Origin: an uncultured Planctomycetales bacterium
GTDB lineage: Bacteria > Omnitrophota > Gorgyraeia > Zapsychrales > JANLHA01
Assembly (NCBI GenBank): GCA_964374105.1
Contig: CAYJXI010000001.1
Coordinates: forward strand, 199,743-263,742
Direction of reading: 5' to 3'
Length of the DNA stretch: 64,000 bases
Numbering within the stretch: position 1 is the first letter of the stretch; each line of letters starts with the position of its first letter. The notes beneath the pieces were generated by a model. The model was not told the DNA's origin and ran no database searches. It was given only the letters and a program-made list of their open reading frames with translations. A program made the position numbers and the translations under genes. Positions 15,001-27,000 of this stretch are shown here, one piece after another.

Positions 15001-18000
15001 TGATCTTGATAATCAGTTTCCTGAGTTTGAAGACCTGGCAACGCTTTTAAAGAAATTCAGAGACTTCAATGAAAAGAAATGGACATTAACAATTGGCAAG
15101 AGAGGAACAACCGCGATTACACCAGTTGTCGGGTTTGGGGTTATCCAATTTTATTCCTTAAGGCCCGGAGTAGAATACAGAATCTTTATGTCCTGGCTCC
15201 CTTTTAGCGGTATTCGGATTTATTTTGGGCATCCGTCACACGTGGTGGCCTTTGAGGTCAATGCTTATCGAGAGCATGTCGATAAGAAAATAAAGAAAAT
15301 GACCCACATTGGCGATCGGGTTGATTTATTTAAGACAGAAGTTCCTGAAGAAGAATCCTTGGAATTGTTTATCTTAAAAGATTTAATTGGTGATTTGGTT
15401 AAGACAGAAGAAGAGTTTGGCTTACTTCTGGAATTGAGAAATGAAGAGACCGCTCAAAGGATGTTAAACGATCTCATTGCGGAGAATATCGTCGAGGAAC
15501 TGGATCTGGAACAAAAAGCAAAACCGTATGTTATTGAAGATATTCCTCCGGGAGTCCAATTGAGCCTTGAGAGGTATTTAGCGCGCTTAAGGCAGGAAGA
15601 AAGGGCTTATCAGGAATCAATTCAACGAAAAGAAAAGGAAGTCATCACTCCCCCCATCCCCCAGGAGGACGTTTACGAGCTTCTTCAGAAAGCAGAGGAC
15701 AAAATCATTTTGGAAGAGCCAGAAAAGGTTCGGCTCGAAATCGAAGAAATCCCCGCCGAAAAGATGGAGGAGTATAAAACACAAATAGAACAAGAGGTTA
15801 AGGAGAAAGATGAAAAGGAGAAAGAAGTTGTTCTGGAATACCCATCGTTGAGTGATCAAGAGATCTTAGAGTTTGTTCAGAAGATCATTGAAGATGATAT
15901 CACTCTTCAAGGAACAAGGCTCCATCATCCACAATGGCTTAAGTATTATCTTTTCGAAGGGATGTCCTCAAGGAAGATCAGCACGTTAGTGAAAACTTCA
16001 GACTCCAACGTTCGTCGCAGGATCAGAGAAGATAAAAAGCGTCTTATGACAATCATGCGGATCAAGTATGGAATATCACAAGAACGGATGAGGGAAATTT
16101 TTAAAGAAAAGGCGGATAGGTCACACTGGCCCAAGGAATATGACTTCTTAGAAAAAATTATTGGAGAGGAAATCCCTCGGGAAGCAACAAGGCTAGCGCA
16201 TCCAGAATGGCTTAAATTCTATCTTTTTGAGGGGAAGTCCTTCAAGGAGATTGCCCGGATTGCCAATACCTCAAAATCGAATGTGATTCAACGGGTAAAA
16301 AATGATGAGGAGCGTATTACCACGATCATGAGAATCCAATATGGAATATCGGAAGATCGGATGAGGGAGATCCTTAAAGAAAAGGCACAGAGGGCTCGCT
16401 GGTCTGTGGAATATGATTTCTTAGATCAAGTCAATGCCTGGTTGAAACAGCCCAACCAATTCCCATTACCTTATAAATTCAATTTGAAGGATACTGATCG
16501 CAATAGTGTCTTGGTATTCAATTTTCTAGGCATTCCTTACCGAGATTTAAAATTCGGCAAGATCAGTCCCAGGAATGATTTTGAATTTGGATATGTTTTA
16601 GAAGTTTTTAGTGAGGCAAACAAAGCAACAGAAGCATACCTCATTGCTGATCAACGTGGTCGAAGACCCCAAGTCTTCTCTGATGATGATTTGATGTTTC
16701 AAGGCAAGGGGGCAGATACCCAATTGCTCAAATGGGCCCTGGCGAAAAGTTTGGCTATCAATATCACTTGGGCCGCAAAACCACGAAAGATCCATAAAGA
16801 TTATTCAGGAAAGGATACAACTGGATCCATTGATCTTTTTGAGATTAAAGATGGCAAACTGAAACCCACCCGCGCGCGGCTGCCTCCCACATACACCTCC
16901 CAAAGGCCTCTTATCCCTTATATCAGTGCAGAAGAATTCACGACCTTTTTAGAAAAAGGCTATTCTGTGATCTTGCTTAAGGAACAAGGGACAACGAAGG
17001 TGGTCATGAGGGTCATCATAGGACGATTAAATAATCAATGGGTCGTTGAAACCGATTGGGAGGGTGATTATACGGACTGGAAGGAGAGCAGTATTCGTGA
17101 AAGAATTTTTAGTGACTTGCAGAAATTTTTTGAAGGACAAAGGCTAACGGTCCCGAATCTGAAGGATCTTGTTGTTAATTTCACAGAAAGAAAAGGAAGA
17201 AAAGTGGCAACCGCTTACTTGGGCGGCTTGATCTATCTAGGGACTCGCTATCCGCACATTTCCGTTCAAATCGGAATTTTGCGATCTGCGCCAGGGGAAT
17301 GGCTTTTGGGTTTATGGGAACCCAATCGGGATAAGAGATTATCCCAACCTTTTAGGATTTTAAAGAAAAAGGGTGATGTTTGGATCAATGTGAAAAATGT
17401 TAAGGTTCGATACTTGAACCAAAGGGATCTTCTGCCAAGGGCCAGCCTTCAGACACCGATCGAATTTTTAGAAAGATTTAAAGAGACTGCCCAAGGATCG
17501 CATTTCATGAAAAATGATTTCATTGAAGAGGTCAAGAGACAGCTTATGATTAACCGAACTTATATTTTGGAAATCCTGTCTAAGGTTCTCAAGCTGATCC
17601 CTAAAGAGCATGGGGCCGTTGAATTCCTGGCTCAGATTGTCCGCGAGGTCAATGATCCCATTTTGACCAATCATATTCAACTTTATTCCTTGCCTTACTT
17701 TGGGACAGCCCTGATGCGTCAGAGAAGTTACGATTGGGGAGAGGAGATTAACAAAATTTTGTATCCCCAGGGACGGAAAGGTGAACATCAGGGTAATCAA
17801 AAGGATAAGAAAAGGAAAAGTAGAAATAGAAATAAGGATAAACTCAACGACAGCAAAGATGATGAACAAAGAAATGGCGGCCCTCACCTGACTGACGGTC
17901 GGGGCGGCCCCCGCCAAGGCGGGGCAGGCCGCTGGCCGTGGATGGTGCCGGTGTATGAGGGAATTGGTAAATTGTGGCCACGTGGCCACAATTGGTCCTG

Positions 18001-21000
18001 GAGTGGAGAATTCATCAACTGGGTTGTTGCGTCAAGCTTGATTGAATCCGGGCTTTTTGTCGGTGGTGGGATGATTGCGATTTTGAAATGGGCCTTCGGG
18101 TTGCCACTTATTTTAGGGCCTCCGCAAGCATTGGTCATTGTCGTTTCCTTCTTTATTCTGCAGTTGATGTGGCATCTCCTTCACGGCCCAGAGGCTTTCA
18201 CCAAAGATAAAATTGCTATTTCAAGATTAGCGGTTATCATCCTTGCCTTAACATTAAGTCTTATCAGATTTTTTGATTTAACGGGTATTGTGTTCTTAAC
18301 AAGTATTGTGCTGGCCATCATATTGCCACATGCGGTTATTAATGCTTTCAGGGAAGGACAACAATTGAGCAAATTCAGTGCGGGAGGCGGATCCCAAGCG
18401 GGAAGAATTCATAAGGCATTACGAAGGTTTCCAAACACGAATTTCATTGGTACGAATAAAATCCCGGTCGTTGGTGGCGATATTTTGAATCTTATGTTTG
18501 GACATGAGGGCCAGGTTCAAAGAGTCATTGGCCATGAGTCCGTATTTTTTACTCATCAACTGGGCAGAATACAAGACGTTGCCGGTCAAATTCCAAACTT
18601 TAATATTCATTTTGGGGATGAGCGAAACAGCTTCAGCGGTTTTAGTAAGCTGTTGGATACATTTGGGATGATTTCTAAGATAAGTGACGGCTTTGCGGGG
18701 AGTGAGGTCAAATGCTTCAATTGCTTCAGCGATCATCAGCCGATGCCAAACCTCGGCAAGAACGATCACCGAGGTAAAACCAGGAATTTCTTTATTCTCA
18801 ACGCGGATAAGAAAGTCAGTGCAGGAATCGATAATCCCGAGAAAATGGTAAATGAAGATATTGGAATCAATGAAAATCGATTGACCCTCAGGAACCTTCG
18901 AGAGCATTTAACCTCCCAGGGGGGTGAAATGGGGAGATTCGGCAATGATTTTACCGAATTTATTGCGGACATGAATGATCGCCTTGGTAAGCCGGGCTTT
19001 GCTCTTTTCATTTTCAATAATGAGCTCTACCTTTTGGTAGTTGCGCAAAGGCAATTTCTTGAGGGGGCGGATAATGCCTTTTTCGTAGATGCCAGCAATT
19101 TTGATCATAATTCATCTCCTTATGCAGTTTCGAGTATAGCTTCTTCGAAGAAGAAAGTCAACCCCCAAAATCGGCGAAAACAAGAAAAGGTGAATCTCCT
19201 CTTTAAGCCCGAATGGACGATTTTCTCTGACGATTCACGAACCCCGAATCACGATTCCAAAGAAGAAGGCGGCCCCCGCCAAGGCGGGGCAGGCCGCTGG
19301 CCGTGGATGAAGAAATTTTATAATTTCTTTGGTCAAAGATGGATGGGCCAGGCCTTGATGCCTTCCTTGGTTGAATCCGGCGGTTTTGTGGCGGGGATTG
19401 ATTGGCTATTATCTCTTGTCTTTGGTTTACCTTACGATTTGAGTCCACCGCATCTAGGCCGTATTGGGATTCTGCAGTTGGTCTGGCATCTGTTGCATAT
19501 CCCACGAGGAAAACCAAAAGAGTCTGTCAGTCCCGCCAAGGTCAGCATAACGGTTGTCAGTTTATTGTTGTTAGGATTCCTGCCTAGTTTTATGAACTTG
19601 TCTTATATCTTCTTAACTATTTCTTTCATTCTGAATTTCGTACATTTTATTGTTAATCTGTTTAACCCATGGGAGGAAAGTCCACAAGGATCATCCCTAG
19701 GCGAAATCAATCCTTTTGGTTTGAAATTAAAGATGGTCCTGGGTGTAAGCCTTTTAGGGATGGTGTTCATGGGATCTCTGTACGTGATGGGGGGATTGGA
19801 TTGGTATCTTACCTTAAAGAATACGCTCATTGAAGGAAATCTTGTGACTTGGAAAGTAGCGTTCATAGATATGGTGACTGGCGCATTTCTCTGGGGTTTT
19901 GGAAATGTGATTGGGCAATATTTGGTCAAACACCCGGCCCGTATAGATTGGCGCCATAATCGATTGGTAACGGCCTTTGGTTTGGCCGGCGGGTTGGGGA
20001 CGCATGTCCTTTACAATTTATTAATGGGACTGGCCATTACCGGTGGAATCAAAAGGATGTTATTTATCCTTATGGGGGGACTCGTGTTGACGCTGTTATT
20101 TACCGTTTCCGAATCCCTGGCCCGACGGTTATTTAACATCAAAAAGTTTTCGGTTAAGGATGAGCAGGCCAAAACGCTTGATGTCCTGGCCATCAAATTC
20201 CTCATCGCCTGGCCGAAGTCCTTCATTGTCGCTAATCTCTTACCTTTACCGCTGCAGGTCATCAGTGAACAGATTTGGGATTATTTCTTGAAACCGGTCG
20301 AGTCCTATCTGATGAACCGGGACAAACCATTATTTGTTGAACCAATATTGCATCGAGTTGTTTGGCCGATGTACCTAAGGGTCAGTTCGGTAATAAACGG
20401 TTTGCAAAAATTATTCCTGGATGACCGAGGTGTCCAAGTGAGAAATTTTGTTCAGGAGTTGTATAGATTACAGCCTCCGCTGCCCATTTTAGATGAAACA
20501 GGTGTTGATCACCAGCGTTACCCTGGGGATCATGAATATTTTTCGAATTTTAAACAGCTGTCCACATTACCGCGGCATAGCACCCTTGGACAACCCGCTG
20601 TCTTTAGTCCATCCGAGACCACATTTTTCCTGATGGCGCATCTTCCTGTCCAAAAAGGGGACTCTGTTTTGGATGTCGGTACCGGCACCGGGGCGTTGGC
20701 CTTTCATGTCCTAAGGCAGGGGGCTAAAGAAGTGTTGGCCATTGATATTGATGAACACGCCGTAGCCACGGCCAGAGATAATGTCAAAGATGCCGGCTAT
20801 GCCAGGCGCATCAAAGTTCGGCAAAGCGATGTGTATGCCAATATTCAAAGAGAAGAAAAATTCGATCTTATCGTATCAGCGCCGCCGTTATTTGCCGAGG
20901 GACGACGTTCTGATCCAGCCATCTATGATGAAGGGTACCGGATGATAAGCAATTTAATCCAAGGTGCCGGGGAACATCTGCGGATAAATGGACGGGTGGT

Positions 21001-24000
21001 CTTTCTCCATTTAATCGGCTCTTATGGCGGCCTGATGACTACGGCCGAAGCGGCAGGGTTTGATTTAATAACCTTGGCGGTTTCCTCTAATATGCCGTTT
21101 GCCATTTACCAATTAACCAGAAAGAAAGATGACTTAAGTTCACTGATGAAGGAGGAAGGCCGTGAGCCTCAGAAACTAAAAGAGATTATCCGGATAAAGC
21201 TTGAAAATTTGCCTCTCCCATCCGCTAAATTTATTCTTGAAAATTTAATCCTGAAATCCACGTATCAAGACCCAGAGATCAAGAACTATCTTTCGGCTCA
21301 GGCGCGAATGGCGCTTTTGGCCAAGGCCTTGGCGGTTTCCCTGAAAAGAAAGGATGCAAATGAGATGGCCGTTTACCTTGAATCTCTCCTTAAGGAATCT
21401 CGCCATTTGATCCTACCTTCTGCACTAATGTTTATCCGTTCTTATTTAACCGTGTATTATCTTAAACAACCGCTAAAGCTTGCCTTTGTGATTCCTGTTT
21501 ACGGCGGACAGAAGGCCTTCTTGGATTTTAAGGATGGCGGAGAGGGCTGGTTGAGGTTCAAGGTTGATCAGTTCTTTGTAGAATTGTTATCGGTCAATCC
21601 AAAGGTCAAGGGAAATTTCATCTTTGTCAATGACGGAGATGATTCAGCCAAGACCGGAAGAAAAACTAGTGATGTGATCCGCGACCTCCTTAAAGATCCT
21701 TTTTATGACAAGGTGCGTGGACAGATCTTTGTTCTCGATCTGCCGCAGGAGACCAAGGTTAAGATGAAAGGAAAGAAACATAGTGCGGTTGCGGCGGGAA
21801 TGAAGTTTGCCTTGGAAAGAGGAGTGGATATTGTCATGTACACCGACCCGGATCTGGCCAGTCATTTGGGATTGAGTGGACTCTTGGTTGATTCTTTGAT
21901 CAACCGCGGATTTGACATGGCGTTTGGTTCGATTGAAATGAAAGGTTCAATTGTTCCTATTCGTTCATTCAAACGCCGTGTTGGGACTCTTGCTTATAGT
22001 CTTTGGGTGAGGATTAATCTTATAAGATACATTCTTAAAGTGAAAGATACCCAAAGGTCTTTCAAGGCCTTTAAACGAGAGATATTAGAGAAGATTATGC
22101 CTATTAGGAAAATGAGTGCTGATCAAAATGGGATCATCCAGCTTAAGGATTATGATCCCGATTTCCATTATGATTACACCGGTGACACCGAATGGATGGG
22201 GCGCGTGAAGATTGTGGGAGGAGGTTTAGAAGAATTCCCGATCGTTTGGATTGATTCACCGCAAACCGCCCAAACAAGTCTAAAGAAAGATGCCTGGCCG
22301 ATGTTTAAGGCCCTAACAGGGCAGAGAAGATCTTTAAGGAATTTTGCCTTAAAGCATTCTGGATTACGATCAACAAATCACGACCCGCAAAACAAGGGCC
22401 GTAACGACAAGGCGTGGGTCTTAGAGGATTTCCGGGATGCTCCCAAGCTCGAGGTTCGGGATGAGAGAAGTCTAGGCTTCGATCCTTGGCGAGATTTGAT
22501 TAAGGAAGTGGATACTTCTTTATTGAAAGAAGCGATTGGTTTGATTCAGCACACTGATGAATTCCCAGGGCAAAAGAGTTTGGTGAATATCCTTAAAGAA
22601 CTCATGAACTTTAGGCGGATCTTTTTTGCTAAGAACCTGCCTGGGATGTTTAGGGCCGAGCGACTCAATGAGGGAGCATATTTGATTTTGATCGATCAAT
22701 CATTGCATTGGTTATTTGGCGGAGCGGACTCTCTGATTCGTATCCGCAGTCCTTCCCCCCGTCAGAGAAAAGCCCTCTTAGCTTTCCTTGCGGCCAAACT
22801 TCTGCATGAGGCCGCGGAAATCCTTATGTCGAATCATCCTAAAGTGCATTGGCATTTGGATGAAAAAGATCCCTCCCTCACTACAACCGAACAGGTTGCC
22901 TACTGGGTTGAGGTGATTTTCTTAAGCCGTATCCCCGCCTTCTGGTTTGATTTTAAGAAATTCCTTAATCCCACAACCGTCTCTCCCTTATTTGTTCTTT
23001 ATGAATCTGTTTTTAGTGGGGAAGAATCTTTAGGCCGTTCCCCGGATCAATCTCCCAAGCCGTTAAGGCAGTTCCTGGCTACTTTAGGTTATCTGGCACC
23101 TTTACAGACTAAACTCTCCCGGGAACTTTTCAAACATATCCTTCAGCAGTTCGATGTTAATCTAGCGGAATTTGAAAGGCAAGAGAATCTTCGGGATTTG
23201 ATTGAATCCACCGTTGGTATTGCCGCGGCGCATTTTGATGACAGTCCCATCGGACGGTTAGCAACTGGAGTAATGATCAGCCGGGATTTTCTTATGACCA
23301 GTCTTCATGTTGTTGAGGATGAACAGGTACGGTTGCAGTCCTTTTTCAAGATTTATATGTTTGTCCCGAGGTCAAATGGCAACAGCCTTTTAAGTAAGAA
23401 ACCCAAGATGTCTGAAGCGAAAGTCGTGGCTATGCATCTCAACCAGGATTTGATGTTATTGAAGATCGATCCAGCCTCGATCCCGTCAGGGATTGTCTTA
23501 AGAGAAGTTAAGCTGGGGTATCAGGAGAGCTTGAAGGGAGGAATGCCGTTAATCATTTCCACCCTTCGTTCAGATGAAAAAGCGATTGATGAGAAGGCAC
23601 CGAGAATTCAGATCACCTCCACTTTGATTCCTCCTGTCGAAGAGGACCTCATTTATATGAAATTTGCTTCATGGAAAGGAGTGAGTGGCTCGCCCGTTGC
23701 TGAACGAGGTGGGCGCTTGGTGGGGATTTATATCGCGACTGAAAAATTAGGCATGAAAGATAAGGGTGTCGCGCATTCCATTGGGGCTGTGCGCAGCATG
23801 ATCGAGACATTGAAGATTCCACTGTCGCAGAGTCACGGCCGTTCAGCAGATCATAAAAGTGACAGTCACTCCCGCCATGGCGGGATGACTGTCACCTTTA
23901 GAGAAAAAATTAAGAAATGGTTAGTGAAGGCAATCGAATTTCAGGATAATATAATTCGAACATCACGAATTCCTATCTTTAAGTTTTTAAGGCTGCTATC

Positions 24001-27000
24001 TTTTGTCCTCAGGAGTTTGGGGAGACAGACGTTCAACCTGCCGTGGCTGGTTGAGTGGTTCTCATCCTGGCGTTTTCTTGGGATGGGAAAGATAGCGGCC
24101 TTTGTATTCAAAGAAAAAGGTGATCCCGCCAAGGCGGGATCACCTTTCCCCGCTGAGATATCAAAAGAGCAGCATGGATTCCTTGGGAATTTGGATCAAG
24201 ACCACTTAAGGAGTCTTCAAAGAATCGTTGAGTCGAATCGTGGTTTTGAATCCGTTAAGGAATTTAATCGTATCCTAGGTTCCTATTATGGGATTAAAGT
24301 CGAATTCTATTATTTCACAGACCCCTTCTCACGTTTCCCACCGACGCCCTTTGTGGCGGCTTTCCATCGCCAAACTCAACTGAGAATCTTTTTCTCCTCA
24401 GTTCATTTCTTGAATCAATTCAAAGTTCATTTTAGGAATCAGTTGTCTTCTGTTTTACAGTTGATTACAACCCATGAATATATGGAAGTGGTCCAAAGGA
24501 AATCTCACCAAATGGTTGATAAACAAACCAGCCAACTTTATAAAGACAGAGAGCAAGGCACCTTAATTCTGGAAAAATTAGACGAATTCTTTGGGACTAT
24601 GTACCTTGTCAATGCGTTTCTTGATTTGGAGAAATTGACGAGTCCTTATTGGAATGTCCGCAAGAAGACGCAAAGGCTGGCAAAAAAGGGCGGCCTTCAA
24701 GGGGCGGTTATCCCGGCAACAATGCTCATTCGCCATCAAAATAAGGATGGCCCTGAGGCCAAGGTAGTGGATGAAATGTTCCGTCAGGGTTGGCTTAAAT
24801 TTGTTCATTTAAGTGAAGAGGTTGTTTTATCCCACAATCCCAGGTATACCTATCAAGCTGTTTATTTGATTGATATCCCAGAGGAAAAGATGACAAGCCG
24901 TGATGTTCCCCTCAAAAGCCTTAAAGAATATCTTAAATTGGGAGAAGAATACCTTGGAGAAGAATCTTCTTTGGAGGAAAGAAGAGGCCGTTCGAAAGAT
25001 CGTTCCCGCCCCCTTCCCGGCAAAGACATGCCTTCAGCGGATGACATCAAAAAAGAGCTCCTGAGAGTTTTAAAACCTTATAAAAATGTCATTAACGAGC
25101 TGCCCCTCTTGAAGCCCAATAGCCCTGCGATGATCCAAGCATGGGCATTTTTAAAGAGAGATAAAGATCATCCCACTTTGGCACCTGCGCTTGAAACCTT
25201 TGCCAGAGAAGGCCGTATCCGGGCCGGGCCATTTGAAGGCTTCTTGGCTACAGTTTATCGAGTGAAGAAAGGAGGAGAATACATCCTTCTTTCCACCGCC
25301 TATCCGGAATTCAATTCCACCATCCAGAGAGCAGCCTCTCTTATTCATGAAATTGGTGCAGTCAGCCTATTTCATCTAGATCATCCAATGAATGAAAATA
25401 GAGAAAGGACCTATTTGACCGAGAAGGTCAGTGAGCTGATTTATGAACTTCAGTATCGCTCCACCGATGAGATGTTCGCTGACTTGGCGAATCTGCGTCA
25501 TTATTTTTCCGAGGGACATCTCGAGCAATTGATCCATTTAATCTTAATCCAAAAGGGTCTCCCTCAGAAAACAATAGCTTATATCATTGGGATTATCTCA
25601 AGTTTAGCCGAAGCTAATAGGAAGATATTTACACCGAAAAATTTAAAGGCGGTGCTGGAATTGCTGGCAGAGAAAGAAAAACATCCCATGATGGATCAAT
25701 TGATTCTATTGTTTAAGGATGCCAATCCACCGGCTTTCACAATCGAGAATCTGGCCTTTGTCATTGACTTCATATTGACTGTAATTGAATTCCAAGAAAA
25801 AATTGTCGAGGTTATTTACATTTTTAAAAAGATCAATCCTCTTTCATTTGACACAACGAATTTTAATACTATTCTTCCCCTGGCCGAGGAGGACCGGACA
25901 GAGGTGCGGGAAACCATGTTACGCGTGGCTAGGATCTTTAGAGAGGCGAATCCTTCCGTGTTTACTGCGGCTGGATTGTCCCAGCAGTTTGTCCGATTAA
26001 GGACAGAAACAGAAATGAAGTTTCTCATCAGTCGACTAAGGCTAGTGGCTATTTATTTTGAGGCGGATCAGGGATTAGCACAAGAAAAAATCTGGAATGA
26101 TTTATGGGATCTGCCAGTCATCTTGGAATATGATGATTATTTGGTTGCTTTCTATGACACGTTGGCCTCACTGATCAAAGCCAATCATACCATCGTTAGC
26201 GAACCTCATCTTGAAAGATCCATTGGCAGCTGGATCAATGATTTTACGGATCCGGGAGGGATGTTAACGGGTGGTGATGTAAAAGTGATCGCGGCAAGAC
26301 TTAGACTGTTGCATGTCTTTTTACGCGCTAACAAGACCTTGGCTACCGAATCTCGATTCGCCCGGGTGATGATTTATTTATCGCAGGGGCTCAGTTTTGA
26401 TCCTTTGATCCTTCGGACCAGTTTTGAAATCTTAAAGACGTACGCAGAAATAAATCCTGATCCTAAGTTTTTCTCAGAAGATCATTTGAGCATTGTCATT
26501 AAAAGTTTGGTTGAAGAAGTACCCAAACCGGGAGAATTCGAAAAGCCAAAAAATCCCCACCGAGTTGATATTGTCAAAATATTTAAAAACATCAACCCGC
26601 AATCATTTTCTTATAAAAATTTATTGGCAGTGATTTACTTTTTTGCTCAATCGGATGAACTGGTACGACAACAGGCCAGTCAGATATTGGACATCTTTAT
26701 TGAGGTGAATCATCATATTATAGACGATTCGATCTTACGGGCCTTGGTGGTGGTTAATTTGATCGCTGAGGAATTGTATTCCGAAGCTATTCAGGCAACC
26801 CAAAGAGTCAGGGGGCTACTAGGAAGGGAGCCTTTTGATATTCAAGATTATGATCTCATCGTAAGAAATTATCTGCCGTTCCTGGAAACCTGGGAAGAGA
26901 AAATCCGTGCGTATCAACGCCTTAAGGCAGGGGAAATAGAAGGATTTGATTTTAAGGCCTGGCGGGAATTTATATTAGACCTTACGAAAGAACAGGGGCT

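Noticed and set aside
17468-17989. 173-aa - strand ORF (and similar antisense ORFs at 40288..40644 -, 41361..41843 +, 19203..19517 -) inside the giant gene
   Set aside because: They lie in GC-rich or stop-poor stretches, have no recognisable motifs, no RBS or promoter, and are fully overlapped by the giant ORF. Likely spurious. Only the 18419..19108 antisense pair has independent gene-like evidence.
18360-19320. Integrase, transposase or recombinase associated with the nested TA cassette
   Set aside because: No recombinase-like ORF or motif is seen in or around the cassette on either strand. Mobility is inferred only from the flanking 42-bp direct repeats.
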